A DNA stretch of 64,000 bases from Bacteroidia bacterium (GCA_018402155.1 JAGYJG010000001.1:418831-482830), one strand, 5' to 3'. Positions 31,331-42,666 are shown, numbered from the stretch's first letter. The notes: a model not told the origin generated them from the letters alone. Translations and numbers: made by a program.

Positions 31331-32158
31331 ATGAGTCGACGTCTTGTAGATCTTGTGGTTATTTCTGATATTCACTTGGGCACCTATGGCTGCAGAGCCT
31401 CCGAAGCTTTGGCTTATTTGTCGAGCATAAAGCCTCAAAGGTTAATATTGAATGGAGATATAGTGGACGGTTGGCAGTTTAAGAAAAAGTATTGGCCGGC
31501 CTCTCATACTAAAGTAGTAAAAGAAATTTTACACCTGGCTGCAAAAGGCACGGAAGTGTATTACTTGCCAGGAAATCATGATGAATATTTTAGAAAATTT
31601 GTTGGATACACCTTGGGTAACATCCACATTGAGAATAAGTTGGTGCAAGAAATAGATGGTAAAACTGCGTGGTTTTTCCATGGCGATGTTTTTGATGTAA
31701 CTATGCAGCATAGCAAGTGGTTGACACGTTTAGGATCTGAGAGTTATGATTTTCTAATATGGCTAAATTACCAGGTCAACAGAGTATTAGAATTTATGGG
31801 TAAGGAAAAGAAATCTTTTTCAAAGCAAATAAAAAATGGAGTGAAATCTGCAGTAAAGTATATCAATAAATTTGAGGAATTGTGTGCAGAAATAGCAGTC
31901 AGTAAGGGATATGATTATGTTATATGCGGACATATACATCAGCCAGAAATACGTACCATTTCATTTGAAGAAAAGAATGTGATGTATCTAAATAGTGGAG
32001 ATTGGGTAGAAAACATGACTGCTTTAGAATACAATAAAGGAGAGTGGAACATTCACACTGAGGGTGCAGCACCAAAGGACACCACAGAGGATAAAAATAC
32101 GGAAGAAATATTTCAGGAAATGCTACTAGAACTTGGCTTACCCACGGCGGCTAGATGA
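31331..32158 (+). CDS. Calcineurin-like metallophosphoesterase, LpxH-like (UDP-2,3-diacylglucosamine diphosphatase family)
   Basis: Metallophosphoesterase motifs DIHLG, GDIVDGW, GNHDE, HGD and GHIH. Confidence 0.7.
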   Translation: MSRRLVDLVVISDIHLGTYGCRASEALAYLSSIKPQRLILNGDIVDGWQFKKKYWPASHTKVVKEILHLAAKGTEVYYLPGNHDEYFRKFVGYTLGNIHIENKLVQEIDGKTAWFFHGDVFDVTMQHSKWLTRLGSESYDFLIWLNYQVNRVLEFMGKEKKSFSKQIKNGVKSAVKYINKFEELCAEIAVSKGYDYVICGHIHQPEIRTISFEEKNVMYLNSGDWVENMTALEYNKGEWNIHTEGAAPKDTTEDKNTEEIFQEMLLELGLPTAAR

Positions 32159-33186
32159 AAATTTTATACGGTATACAATGCACTGGTAATGGACATATCA
32201 CGCGCTCCATTGCAATAATAGAAGAGTTGCAAAAGTATGCTCGAGTAGATGTACTTGTCAGTGGATTGAACCATGAGGTCTCACTGCCATTTCCAGTAAA
32301 GTACAGGTGCGAAGGGCTGTCCTATTTCTTCGGTAAAAATGGTGGTTTTGATATTTGGAGAACACTATTACGCAACAACCCTTTTCGTTTTCTTCGAGAA
32401 ATAAAGGAGATACCCGCACATTTATACGATATTGTTATTTCTGATTTTGAACCTATTTCAGCTTGGAGTGCACGCAGAGATTGGGTGTACTCAATTGGTA
32501 TTAGCAACCAAGCAGCACTGCGAGAGATAGTTGTTTTAAAGCCAAATGTATTCAGTCCGTTTTCTAAATTAATTATTGAGTATTTCTGCCCTGTTTTCAA
32601 ACGGTACGGTCTACACTACAACAAGCTAAACGACAATCTATTTTTTCCGCCCATACGCCAAGATATATTAAAAGCAACTGTTAGTAATGACGGTCATTAT
32701 GTGGTTTATCTGCCATTTTTCAGTGCGAAAAAAATTATAAAAGCACTAAAAGTAATTTGTCGTAAAACACAATGGCATGTATTTTCCAACGATATTAAAG
32801 AGGCTTATATTCTTGAAAACATTTCGGTAAATCCTATTTTAGATAGTAAATTTGTGAAAAGCCTGGCTAGTTGTGCAGGAGTTTTATGTAGTGCTAGTTT
32901 TAGCACTACAAGTGAAGCACTTTTTCTTGGTAAAAAACTGATGGTAATACCTATGAAAAGCCAATACGAGCAACAGTGCAATGCATTCAGCTTAGGTAAT
33001 GCAGGAGTTGGTGTCGTTAAATCTTTGAAAACTAAACAGCTAAAAAAGATTGGTGAATGGGTTGTAAGCAATGATTATCCTCAGCTAGCATTAGTAAATG
33101 AAACTGAACAATTGGTAAGGACTATAGTGACTGATTATGTGGAGTACATCAATCAGCAGGCTATACAGAAACCTTCCTACTCTTGA
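32155..33186 (+). CDS. Glycosyltransferase (MJ1255/Glyco_trans_1_3-like, GT28-like N-terminal G-x-G-H motif)
   Basis: MKILYGIQCTGNGHITRSIAII... About 343 aa. Its start overlaps the upstream stop (ATGA). Confidence 0.6.
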   Translation: MKILYGIQCTGNGHITRSIAIIEELQKYARVDVLVSGLNHEVSLPFPVKYRCEGLSYFFGKNGGFDIWRTLLRNNPFRFLREIKEIPAHLYDIVISDFEPISAWSARRDWVYSIGISNQAALREIVVLKPNVFSPFSKLIIEYFCPVFKRYGLHYNKLNDNLFFPPIRQDILKATVSNDGHYVVYLPFFSAKKIIKALKVICRKTQWHVFSNDIKEAYILENISVNPILDSKFVKSLASCAGVLCSASFSTTSEALFLGKKLMVIPMKSQYEQQCNAFSLGNAGVGVVKSLKTKQLKKIGEWVVSNDYPQLALVNETEQLVRTIVTDYVEYINQQAIQKPSYS

Positions 33187-34511
33187 AAGATTTGTATTCC
33201 TTTCCACACGATTTTACTTGGGGAGCTGGTATTTCTGCCTACCAAACAGAGGGAGGCGTAAATGCTGGAGGGAGAGGCGTCTCTATTTGGGATGAGTTTG
33301 AGAAAAAAAAATCGATAAGGAATAAACATTCTGCTAGTGTAGCGTGTGATTTTTATAATAGGTACGCTAGTGATTTACGGTCAGTTAAGTGGCTCGGACT
33401 GTCTCATTTCAAAACGAGTATTAGCTGGCCGCGTATTCAGCCCAGTGGCAAAGGAAATATTAATAAAGCGGGAGCAGATTTTTATGATAGGCTTACTGAC
33501 GAAATGCTTGAGCAAGGTATAGAACCATGGTATGTAGCGTATCATTGGGACTTGCCTGCCGAGCTCCAAAAAAAAGGAGGCTGGACCAATAGAGATACTG
33601 TTTTTCGTTTTCTTGATTACTGTGATTTATGTTTTGGTCTACTGGGCGATAGGGTGAATAATTGGATAGTTATGAACGAGCCTTTGGTGTTTGTTGGCGC
33701 AGGATATTTTATGGGTATTCACGCCCCAGGAAGGCGCGGGATGAATAATTTTTTGCCGGCCTTACACCATGTAAATTTGGCCAATGCACAAGGGATAAAA
33801 AATCTAAAAAATCTCGGAGCAAAGCACGTTGGCACTGCTCATTCTTTTGCTAGTATCCATCCAAGCACTAAACTAGATGTAGATATAAAAGCCGCAAATA
33901 GAGTACACTTAGCCATAAATCAGAGTTTTATTGATCCAATGCTGGGCTACGGATACCCAACTGAGAAATTGCCTTTCATGAAAAAAATAGAGCGTTATTG
34001 GGAGCAAAATGATGGACAACTTCTACTGGCTTCCCCAGATTTTTGGGGCGTGCAAGTATATACCCGTGAGATTGTAAAATATGCCTGGTGGATGCCATAT
34101 ATACAAGCACGTATAATCTCTGCAAAAAGTCGAAAAAAGATCGTTTCTAGCATTGGGCAAGAGGTGTATTATCCAGCACTGAGCGAGGTATTAGATTGGT
34201 TTATACAGCATAAGGCCTCTGATACTCCAGTATACATTACTGAATGCGGTATAAGTATGCAAGAGTCCTTTTTAGAACAGCCGTTTGACGATACCTACCG
34301 AATAGAGTATTATCAAAATGTTTTAGAAACTTTAAAACCACACATTCAAAACTCTAATGTTAAGGGTCTTTTTTATTGGAGTTTAATGGATAATTTTGAG
34401 TGGGCTGAGGGGTATTTTGCACCTTTTGGTCTTTTTCACGTAGATTTTAAAACTCTAAAACGTACACCTAAAAAGAGCGCAGAGTGGGTGAGAAATTTAT
34501 TAGGACAATAG
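33183..34511 (+). CDS. Glycoside hydrolase family 1 (beta-glucosidase/6-phospho-beta-glucosidase-like)
   Basis: GH1 signatures FPHDFTWGAGISAYQTEGG, the acid/base motif WIVMNEP and a nucleophile motif YITECG (canonical is ITENG). It has an apparent TTG start overlapping the upstream TGA (TTGA). Confidence 0.85.
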   Translation: MKDLYSFPHDFTWGAGISAYQTEGGVNAGGRGVSIWDEFEKKKSIRNKHSASVACDFYNRYASDLRSVKWLGLSHFKTSISWPRIQPSGKGNINKAGADFYDRLTDEMLEQGIEPWYVAYHWDLPAELQKKGGWTNRDTVFRFLDYCDLCFGLLGDRVNNWIVMNEPLVFVGAGYFMGIHAPGRRGMNNFLPALHHVNLANAQGIKNLKNLGAKHVGTAHSFASIHPSTKLDVDIKAANRVHLAINQSFIDPMLGYGYPTEKLPFMKKIERYWEQNDGQLLLASPDFWGVQVYTREIVKYAWWMPYIQARIISAKSRKKIVSSIGQEVYYPALSEVLDWFIQHKASDTPVYITECGISMQESFLEQPFDDTYRIEYYQNVLETLKPHIQNSNVKGLFYWSLMDNFEWAEGYFAPFGLFHVDFKTLKRTPKKSAEWVRNLLGQ

Positions 34512-34567
34512 CTTAATTTGCCAATATTTTTCTTGTGTTTTAGTAACTTTCGTAGGCCATTATCACA

Positions 34568-36439
34568 TTACATCCTATCAGGGACATCTATTCCCATAAG
34601 TTTAAAGCCGTGTTTTATAGTCTGTCCTACTGCCATACACAGAGATAGCCTAAAGCCTCTTAGGTTATAATCCTCTTCGCCCAAAATAATATGTTCATGA
34701 TAAAATTTATTAAATGCTTTTGCTAAATCGTAAACAGCATTGGCTATTTCACTAGGATTATAATTTTTGGCAGCACTGTTTACCGCAGTAGGGTAGTCGT
34801 GCATCAATATAATCAGGTCTTTTTCTTCGGCCGCTAAGTTAGGAGGTGTTCTGAAGTTTGTGTCTTTATTGGTTTCATTCGCAGCGCGCAGTATTGAGCT
34901 TATCCGTGCATAGGTATATTGTATAAACGGCGCTGTATTTCCCTGAAAATCAATGGATTCTTTGGGATCATATAACATACGTTTCTTTGCGTCTACTTTT
35001 AACAAGAAATACTTTAACGCACCTATACCCAATGTCTCGTATAGTACACTGAGCTCCTCTTCAGTCATTCCCTCAGTTTTACCCAAATCCTCTGTTTGCT
35101 TTTTAGCTGTACTTACTACTTCGTCCATTAACTCATCAGCATCTACAACAGTTCCTTCGCGGCTTTTCATTTTACCCTCAGGTAGGTCTACCATGCCGTA
35201 GCTCATATGGTAAAGACCATTAGCGTACTGCTTGTTTAGTTTTTGTAAAATATGCTTTAGAACTTTGAAATGATAATCTTGTTCATTTCCCACAACATAA
35301 ATAAATTGGTCCATTCCAAAATCATCATATTTTAGCTGTGCAGTCCCTATATCTTGAGTTATATATACTGAAGTACCATCGGCACGTTGTACAATTTTTT
35401 CATCCAGACCCTCAGCGGTCAAATCTACCCATACACTGCCGTCTGCTTTTTGGTAAAAAGCCTCAGATTCTAACCCTTCTTGCACCATCGATTTGCCAAG
35501 TAAGTACGTGTCAGACTCGTAGTATATTTTATCAAATGCAATACCAAGTCGATTGTAGGTTACATCAAAACCGTTGTACACCCATCCATTCATTTTTCTC
35601 CAAAGTGTAATGACATCTTCGTCACCCTCTTCCCATTTTTGAAGAATTATTTTAACTGATGCACCAAGTAAACTATGGTTATTGAAGTAGGTATTTGTAT
35701 AATCAGTTTTGAAGGCTTTGGCTAAGTCTGTTCCTTCCTTAATATGTTTTTTTGCCTCGTTAGATGCTTTAAATACTTCCAATTGAGATAGGCCTTCAGA
35801 ACTAGTTAACCACTTACTATATTCTAACTGAAATTTCTTTTCAAATTCCACATAGTATTTGCCTACCAAGTGGTCGCCCTTTATACCCGAACTATCTGGC
35901 GTTTCTCCATTTCCCCATTCTTGCCAAGCAAGCATACTTTTACAGATATGAATGCCACGATCATTGACTAGGTTATTTTTAACTACATCATACCCATTGG
36001 CAAGCATGATTTCACTGTAACTGTGGCCTAAAACTACATTTCTGACGTGTCCCAGGTGAAGTGGTTTATTGGTGTTTGGAGATGCGTATTCTACTACAAC
36101 TTTTTGGCCCTTTCCAATACTCGGGATACGAACACCTGTACTCGATAGATTTTCGGCTACCGCAAGCCAGTAAGAATCGCTCAGCTCAAGGTTTAAAAAT
36201 CCTTTTACTACATTATATCCATCGACCTCAGCTAGCTCTTTTTTGAGAAATTCCCCGATTTCAGATGCAGTATCTTCTGGCTTTTTACGGCTAGCTCTTA
36301 AAAATGGGAAAACAACAAAAGTATAATCACCAGCAAAGTTGGCATTGGTTTTTTCAAAACTGATTTCAGAATCTTGTACATTATACAGTGCGACTAAAGC
36401 TTCGTTTACTTTGTCAGTTAGTGCGGTAAGTATATTCAT
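34568..36439 (-). CDS. argS: Arginine--tRNA ligase
   Basis: 623 aa. The class-I HIGH-like motif is PNTNKPLHLGHVRN and the C-terminal anticodon-binding (DALR) domain ends DVPDRM. Confidence 0.95.
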   Translation of the reverse strand: MNILTALTDKVNEALVALYNVQDSEISFEKTNANFAGDYTFVVFPFLRASRKKPEDTASEIGEFLKKELAEVDGYNVVKGFLNLELSDSYWLAVAENLSSTGVRIPSIGKGQKVVVEYASPNTNKPLHLGHVRNVVLGHSYSEIMLANGYDVVKNNLVNDRGIHICKSMLAWQEWGNGETPDSSGIKGDHLVGKYYVEFEKKFQLEYSKWLTSSEGLSQLEVFKASNEAKKHIKEGTDLAKAFKTDYTNTYFNNHSLLGASVKIILQKWEEGDEDVITLWRKMNGWVYNGFDVTYNRLGIAFDKIYYESDTYLLGKSMVQEGLESEAFYQKADGSVWVDLTAEGLDEKIVQRADGTSVYITQDIGTAQLKYDDFGMDQFIYVVGNEQDYHFKVLKHILQKLNKQYANGLYHMSYGMVDLPEGKMKSREGTVVDADELMDEVVSTAKKQTEDLGKTEGMTEEELSVLYETLGIGALKYFLLKVDAKKRMLYDPKESIDFQGNTAPFIQYTYARISSILRAANETNKDTNFRTPPNLAAEEKDLIILMHDYPTAVNSAAKNYNPSEIANAVYDLAKAFNKFYHEHIILGEEDYNLRGFRLSLCMAVGQTIKHGFKLMGIDVPDRM

Positions 36440-37260
36440 TACTTTTTTATGGGTGAATTGGGTTCAGCGGCAATTACTTTATGTATTTTTCGCTCTACGA
36501 ATTTTGGAAAAAACTTATTCATCCAATAGATGGCCTTCCCTTGCTTATTAGTGAGCATAAAATCTTTTCTATCACGTATGGCTTGAAGTATATCCAAAGC
36601 TACTGACTCTGCAGTGTCCATTTTACTTTCATCTCCGGGAGTATCAGCCTGAGAGGTTCCGTCAGCTTTACGAGCATTTAATCTGATGTTGCTCGCAGTG
36701 AATCCAGGACAAGCTATAAGCGTATGAAGACCTCTTTGAGAGTATTCCATTCGAATACTCTCAAAGAGCCCATTCATAGCGAATTTTGAAGCAGCATATC
36801 CGGAACGGCCAGGAAGACCTTTGAAACCGGTAACGGAGGATACGGCTACAAGACTTCCTTTAGTTTCTAGTAAATAAGGGATGGCGGCTTGACTACAATA
36901 GGTAGCTCCCCATAAGTTCACATCCATAATTTCACGGAGTACTTTAGTCTCTACTTCATCAAAAGCTGCACGCATACTAATGCCCGCATTATTTATAAGG
37001 ACGTCGATACTGCCCAGTTCTCGGTTAGCAGTCGCAACAAGATTTTTGCACTGAGATTCGCTAGTAACATCTGTGGGTACGGTGATTATTTTTACAGAAT
37101 ACGAAGAGAGACTACTCTTTAGTGCTTCTAATTTTTCTTGACTTCTAGCAGCAAGGACTATGTTAGCGCCTATTTTGGCACATGCAACAGCAAGTGCTTC
37201 TCCTATTCCTGAGGAAGCTCCTGTTATGATTATATTTTTTTCTTTGAGTCTATCTACCAA
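36439..37260 (-). CDS. SDR-family oxidoreductase
   Basis: TGASSGIGEALA Rossmann motif and NNAG. It requires a TTG start, as there is no in-frame ATG before the Rossmann motif. Confidence 0.85.
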   Translation of the reverse strand: MVDRLKEKNIIITGASSGIGEALAVACAKIGANIVLAARSQEKLEALKSSLSSYSVKIITVPTDVTSESQCKNLVATANRELGSIDVLINNAGISMRAAFDEVETKVLREIMDVNLWGATYCSQAAIPYLLETKGSLVAVSSVTGFKGLPGRSGYAASKFAMNGLFESIRMEYSQRGLHTLIACPGFTASNIRLNARKADGTSQADTPGDESKMDTAESVALDILQAIRDRKDFMLTNKQGKAIYWMNKFFPKFVERKIHKVIAAEPNSPIKK

Positions 37261-37269
37261 AGCGTTCTT

Positions 37270-37797
37270 TTACTTTTTCCACTTCACGCTACAGCCTACT
37301 GCTGGTATCTCTGTGTAGTCGGGTTCCATACCATCTAACGTGTATTCTATTGCGTCTTCCAAAAAAACACGAGTTACCATATGTTCATTTTCCCAGTTAT
37401 CGTCTATCGCTCCTTGATAAACCAATTCACGCTTACTGTTGAAAACAAAAACCTCTGGAGTGCGTGTGGCACCAAGTTTTTTTGCTATTTTTTGATCTTC
37501 ATCGTGCAGGTAGGGAAATGGTAACTGAAGCTGCTTAGCTAAATCTTTCATCGCTTGAAATGAATCTGCAGGATATTGTTCGGCATCATTTGGGTTTATG
37601 GCAATAATACCCATATTATCCTCTTCGTATTGGTTTGACATCTTAATGAGTCTACTCCAATATGCACGAGCATAAGGACAATGGTTGCAAGTCACCACGA
37701 GTACCAAAGCTGTTCTGTCAGCAAATGTAAATTTGTTGTACATCTTATTATCGGCACCTCTTAACTCAAAATCAAAAAGTTTTTTTCCTATCTCCAT
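37270..37797 (-). CDS. Thioredoxin-fold protein (thiol-disulfide oxidoreductase-like, CNHCPY active site)
   Basis: CxxC motif TCNHCPYA in a 175 aa protein. Confidence 0.75.
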   Translation of the reverse strand: MEIGKKLFDFELRGADNKMYNKFTFADRTALVLVVTCNHCPYARAYWSRLIKMSNQYEEDNMGIIAINPNDAEQYPADSFQAMKDLAKQLQLPFPYLHDEDQKIAKKLGATRTPEVFVFNSKRELVYQGAIDDNWENEHMVTRVFLEDAIEYTLDGMEPDYTEIPAVGCSVKWKK

Positions 37798-37941
37798 TTA
37801 CAGGCAAAAGTAAGAAATTAGGCGGAAAATAGATGGATAGTTTTTTTGACCAATAGGGTTTCAAATTCTTGTCTTTGAAAGGATAAATTTTATCCCAGCG
37901 TGCTATCTAATTTGAACTAAAATTATGTATTAATTTACCCC

Positions 37942-37981
37942 AAAAAAAAAACCAACCGCGATCACGTGGTTGGTTTTTTTG
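37942..37981. terminator. Bidirectional terminator downstream of clpC
   Basis: A10-accaaccgcgatcacgtggttggt-T8. The aaccaacc / ggttggtt stem has inner pairing. Confidence 0.6.
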
Positions 37982-38009
37982 TTTTTGTTTTTGTGAAGCA
38001 GATTAAAAA

Positions 38010-40544
38010 CTACTCGGCTTGTTTCTTCTCTTCTATTGTTGTTTTGGACTTTTCTTTTTTGAATATCAAAGTGTCTTTCTTTTTATCGAAATCTACTGCA
38101 ATTACATCACCTGCTGTAATGTCAGATTTTAAAATTTCCTCAGCCAACGGGTCCTCCAAGTATTTTTGTATAGCCCTATTAAGTGGCCTTGCGCCAAAAT
38201 TAGAATCGAAACCTTTTTCCGCTAAATATGTTTTTGCAGATTTACTGAGTTTTATATCAAATCCTATTTGGTTGATACGGGTGATTAATTCTGCAATTGA
38301 AAGCTCCAATATTTTTGTAATATCCTCTTTCTCTAATGAATTGAAGACAATGACATCATCTATTCTATTCAAAAACTCTGGAGAGAAAAATCGTTTCAAT
38401 GCATTTTCAATTACACCTTTCGAGTTTAGATCTGAGTTGGCATTTTTGGCACTAGTTCCAAAACCTACACCTGCTCCAAACTCTTTGAGCTGCCTGCTTC
38501 CGATATTAGATGTCATAATAATGATTGTATTTCTAAAATCAACTTTTCGTCCAAGACTATCGGTCAAAAAACCTTCATCTAAAACTTGTAGCAATAGATT
38601 GAAGACATCCGGGTGAGCTTTTTCTATCTCATCAAATAAGATGACGGAGTAAGGTTTACGCCTAACTTTCTCGGTAAGTATACCCCCTTCTTCGTATCCT
38701 ACATATCCCGGAGGTGCACCCACCAAGCGGGAAACCGCAAATTTCTCCATGTACTCACTCATATCTATGCGTAGCAAGGCGTCTCTAGAGTCAAAAAGAT
38801 ATTTAGCCAATGTTTTTGCCATTTCAGTCTTCCCTACGCCAGTGCTGCCCAAGAAAATAAAAGAGCCAATTGGCTTATTAGGAGATTTTAGACCTGCACG
38901 GGTTCGCTGTATAGCCCGTGTTAGTTTTTCTACAGCTTCGTCTTGCCCTATTACACTGCCTCTTAGTTCCTCTCCCATTTTTAGGAGCCTATTACCCTCT
39001 TTTTGTTGAATCCGCTTGGCAGGGATACCTGTCATCATCCCAATTACATCTGCCACATCGTCCTCAGTTACAGTATATCGTTGGTTCTTACTGTCCTCTT
39101 CCCACTTGTTTTTTTCAGCCTCTAGATTCTCTAATAATGACTTTTCGCTATCTCTTAGTCTGGCAGCTTCCTCGTATTTTTGACTTTTTACTACTCTATT
39201 TTTCTCCTCTTTTATTTCTTCTATTTTCTTTTCTAAATCCAATATGTCTTGAGGCACATGTATATTGCTTAAGTGCACTCGTGCGCCCACTTCATCCATT
39301 ACGTCTATAGCTTTATCAGGCAAATAACGATCAGTAATATAGCGAACGCTCATTCTTACAGCAGCATCCAAAGCTTCATCTGAGTATGAAACACTATGGT
39401 GATCTTCATACTTCGATTTTATATTGTTGAGTATTTCAAGTGTCTCCTCTGGATTAGTTGGTTCTACCATCACACTCTGAAATCTGCGCTCTAGTGCTCC
39501 ATCTTTTTCAATATATTGACGGTATTCGTCTAATGTTGTTGCACCTACACATTGTATCTCACCACGTGCCAGTGCAGGTTTGAACATATTAGATGCATCT
39601 AACGAACCACTTGCCCCTCCAGCTCCCACTATGGTGTGTATTTCGTCTATGAATAAAATGACATCATCTGTTTTTTCGAGCTCGGTCATCACGGCTTTCA
39701 TCCGTTCCTCAAACTGCCCTCTGTATTTGGTGCCTGCTACCAAACTTGCTAAATCAAGCGTTACCACTCGTTTATCAAATAGTACACGCGATACTTTTCT
39801 TTGAGAAATGCGAAGTGCTAAACCTTCTGCTATAGCTGTTTTGCCAACGCCTGGTTCCCCTATTAGTACAGGATTATTTTTTTTTCGTCTACTTAAAATT
39901 TGAGAAACACGTTCGATTTCTTTATCTCGACCTACTATTGGGTCTAGTTTGTCAGCCTCGGCCAATTTTGTCAGGTCTTTACCAAAATTGTCCAATACTG
40001 GTGTCTTACTTTTACTTTTAGTTCCTGGCTTATTAGGCGTCGCAGATTTACTGCTTTCTTCGTTATAATAATCTTCTGGAGAATCAGTGCTCATTTCAAT
40101 CGTTGTATCAGGTAATTTATCTTCCATTGCTCGCTTGAACAAATCGTAATCTATCCCAAACTGATTTAATATCTGGGAAGCTACATTATCCTCATCCCTC
40201 AATATAGACAATAATAAGTGCTCTGTCCGTATGATGTCATCTTTGAATATCTTTGCTTCTAAATACGTGATTTTCAGTGATTTCTCTGCCTGTTTGGTGA
40301 GCGGTATATTGCCAATATTAGTAGATTTTCCTGTTGTGTCTCGTATGCTATCTTCTACTGTTTTTTTCAATCGTAACATATCTATACCCATATTTTTGAG
40401 GTGGCGTATAGCTTTGCCATCTCCTTGGCGGATAAGACCTAAAAGAAGATGCTCTGTGCCAATGTAACTATGACCAAGGCGTATCGCTTCTTCTCTGCTA
40501 AATTGAATAACTTCTTTTACTCCGGGTGAAAACTGTGCTTCCAT
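38010..40544 (-). CDS. clpC: ATP-dependent Clp protease ATP-binding subunit (ClpC type; two AAA+ modules, double Clp_N, UVR-like linker)
   Basis: 844 aa. A double Clp_N domain ([15 protein letters not shown] twice) is followed by [10 protein letters not shown] and GSTGVGKTE Walker A motifs. The short middle domain is [28 protein letters not shown]. Confidence 0.9.
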   Translation of the reverse strand: MEAQFSPGVKEVIQFSREEAIRLGHSYIGTEHLLLGLIRQGDGKAIRHLKNMGIDMLRLKKTVEDSIRDTTGKSTNIGNIPLTKQAEKSLKITYLEAKIFKDDIIRTEHLLLSILRDEDNVASQILNQFGIDYDLFKRAMEDKLPDTTIEMSTDSPEDYYNEESSKSATPNKPGTKSKSKTPVLDNFGKDLTKLAEADKLDPIVGRDKEIERVSQILSRRKKNNPVLIGEPGVGKTAIAEGLALRISQRKVSRVLFDKRVVTLDLASLVAGTKYRGQFEERMKAVMTELEKTDDVILFIDEIHTIVGAGGASGSLDASNMFKPALARGEIQCVGATTLDEYRQYIEKDGALERRFQSVMVEPTNPEETLEILNNIKSKYEDHHSVSYSDEALDAAVRMSVRYITDRYLPDKAIDVMDEVGARVHLSNIHVPQDILDLEKKIEEIKEEKNRVVKSQKYEEAARLRDSEKSLLENLEAEKNKWEEDSKNQRYTVTEDDVADVIGMMTGIPAKRIQQKEGNRLLKMGEELRGSVIGQDEAVEKLTRAIQRTRAGLKSPNKPIGSFIFLGSTGVGKTEMAKTLAKYLFDSRDALLRIDMSEYMEKFAVSRLVGAPPGYVGYEEGGILTEKVRRKPYSVILFDEIEKAHPDVFNLLLQVLDEGFLTDSLGRKVDFRNTIIIMTSNIGSRQLKEFGAGVGFGTSAKNANSDLNSKGVIENALKRFFSPEFLNRIDDVIVFNSLEKEDITKILELSIAELITRINQIGFDIKLSKSAKTYLAEKGFDSNFGARPLNRAIQKYLEDPLAEEILKSDITAGDVIAVDFDKKKDTLIFKKEKSKTTIEEKKQAE

Positions 40545-41162
40545 TATTTATATCAAACAAATATAAGACCAAATTGATGTTTTATGTCGCCTTGATTTTA
40601 GCTTTTTAGTTTTAATCCTCGCTTTTTAGTTAAATCTCAAGACATTTTCGGTGTGTTTTTAGAGCTTCTATTTCCAAATTATTACACTATCAGTCTGATT
40701 TTAATTACTTTGTAACAAGTGATTTTCTTCCACTATTTTTTCGATACAAATAAGTATCTCAAAGTGATGTAGTTAAGTGTCATATAGAATTTTATTGAAA
40801 TTAGGTATAGATAGCACGCTTTACGTTTTATTACTTATACGCATTTTCCCGTGCATAACTATTAATTATGGTGGTTTATAGATGTTTACACTTCCAAAGA
40901 ATTAAGTGATTTACGCCATAAAATGGTAAAAACTAATGACCTTTATATTTGAGATGTGGAAAACAATACGTTATCTATCAGTTAATTAAGAAAACTTTAA
41001 AAGTTTGCGAACATTTTTTTAACATTTTTGGTGTGTGTGTGGGTAAGTAGAAACGCACACCCAGTGTGGATTTAGTGATAAATAACCTCCGTACATTTGA
41101 CAACCCAAAATTAGAATAGTGTCCGTATTCGTTGGGAGAAATTGGAAAATAAGAAGATACAT

Positions 41163-42659
41163 ATGGATAATAAACGCGCATTAAGTAAGAAATCAACACT
41201 AACCTTTGGCAATATGGATATGTCAAAATTACAGCCGCAAGCTAGAGACTTAGAAGAAGCAGTACTCGGGGCGATGATGCTCGAAAAATTTGCTCCTGAA
41301 AAAGTAGCTAGTTACTTGAAAAAAGATGCATTTTATACAGAAGCACATCAGTACATTTATGAGGCTATCTTACAGCTCTTTACAGATGGTCATCCTATAG
41401 ATATTCTCACTGTAACAGAGAAGCTTCGAAAGAATGGAACTTTAGAGCAAGTGGGCGGCGCATACTACATTACCTCGCTTACCAATAGGGTGAGTAGTGC
41501 TGCTAATATTGAATATCACGCACACATTGTTATTCAAAAAAGTATCCAAAGGCAACTTATTTCAGTTGCTGGAGAGATAGGTACTAGGGCATTTGAAGAG
41601 ACTTCAGATGCATTTGAGCTTTTAGATCAATCAGAAAAAAAGCTTTTTGAGATAAAAAATGAGAGTATGACCAAAAGCTATGATACGGTAACAGATTTAA
41701 TAGCAAAAGCCATAAAAGACATAGAAGAAAGCAAAACTCACGGAGCCGAAGGCCTTACTGGAGTTCCTACGGGTTTTACTGAGCTAGATCGGATGACCTC
41801 AGGTTGGCAAAAAAGTGATTTAATTATTTTGGCTGCACGTCCTGGGATGGGTAAAACAGCGTTTGTTTTATCAATGGCACGCAATGCCGCAGTTCTAGCC
41901 CAAAAAAGTGTTGCTATTTTCTCCCTAGAAATGAGTAGTTTACAACTAGTTAAACGATTAATAGCTTCCGAAGCAGAACTTAGCTCTGAAAAGATAAGAA
42001 GCGGTAAACTAGAAGAGCACGAGTGGCAGCAACTTCATACCAAAATAAGTACCATAGAGGATGCCAATATATTTATAGATGATACACCTGCTCTCACCGT
42101 TCTTGACCTTAAGGCTAAAGCTCGAAGAATGCAACGAAAACGAGGCCTAGACATGATAATTATTGACTATCTACAACTCATGCGGGCTGAGGAAGGAAAT
42201 AAATCCGCTGGGAACAGAGAACAAGAGATTTCGTACATATCAAGGTCTCTTAAAGGTCTTGCTAAAGAGCTAGATATTCCAGTTATCGCGCTTTCTCAAT
42301 TGAGTAGAGCTGTAGAGCAGCGTCAAGATAAACGACCTATGCTTTCAGACCTCAGGGAATCTGGGTCTATTGAGCAAGACGCAGATTTGGTTACATTCAT
42401 ATTTAGACCAGAGTACTACGGTATAACCCAAGATGAAGAAGGGAACGATAATGAAGGCCTAACTGAAATTATAATACGTAAGCATAGAAATGGTTCGCCC
42501 GGTACGGTCAATCTAAAGTTTGTCAAAAACTTTGGTAAATTCAGCGACTGGAGTTATTCCGATTTCGGTCCCGATACTTTTAAAGAAAATAGTGTCACTA
42601 TGCCAAGTAAGATGAATGATATGTCTCCTTACGAACCCGAAGGAGATGTACCATTTTAG
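41163..42659 (+). CDS. dnaB: Replicative DNA helicase DnaB
   Basis: N-terminal EEAVLGAMMLEK, a RecA-like core GMGKTAFVLSMARN and a C-terminal helicase region. The ORF track begins at TTG 41142; the first ATG (MDNKRALS) is at 41163. Confidence 0.9.
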   Translation: MDNKRALSKKSTLTFGNMDMSKLQPQARDLEEAVLGAMMLEKFAPEKVASYLKKDAFYTEAHQYIYEAILQLFTDGHPIDILTVTEKLRKNGTLEQVGGAYYITSLTNRVSSAANIEYHAHIVIQKSIQRQLISVAGEIGTRAFEETSDAFELLDQSEKKLFEIKNESMTKSYDTVTDLIAKAIKDIEESKTHGAEGLTGVPTGFTELDRMTSGWQKSDLIILAARPGMGKTAFVLSMARNAAVLAQKSVAIFSLEMSSLQLVKRLIASEAELSSEKIRSGKLEEHEWQQLHTKISTIEDANIFIDDTPALTVLDLKAKARRMQRKRGLDMIIIDYLQLMRAEEGNKSAGNREQEISYISRSLKGLAKELDIPVIALSQLSRAVEQRQDKRPMLSDLRESGSIEQDADLVTFIFRPEYYGITQDEEGNDNEGLTEIIIRKHRNGSPGTVNLKFVKNFGKFSDWSYSDFGPDTFKENSVTMPSKMNDMSPYEPEGDVPF

Positions 42660-42666
42660 GAAACTT

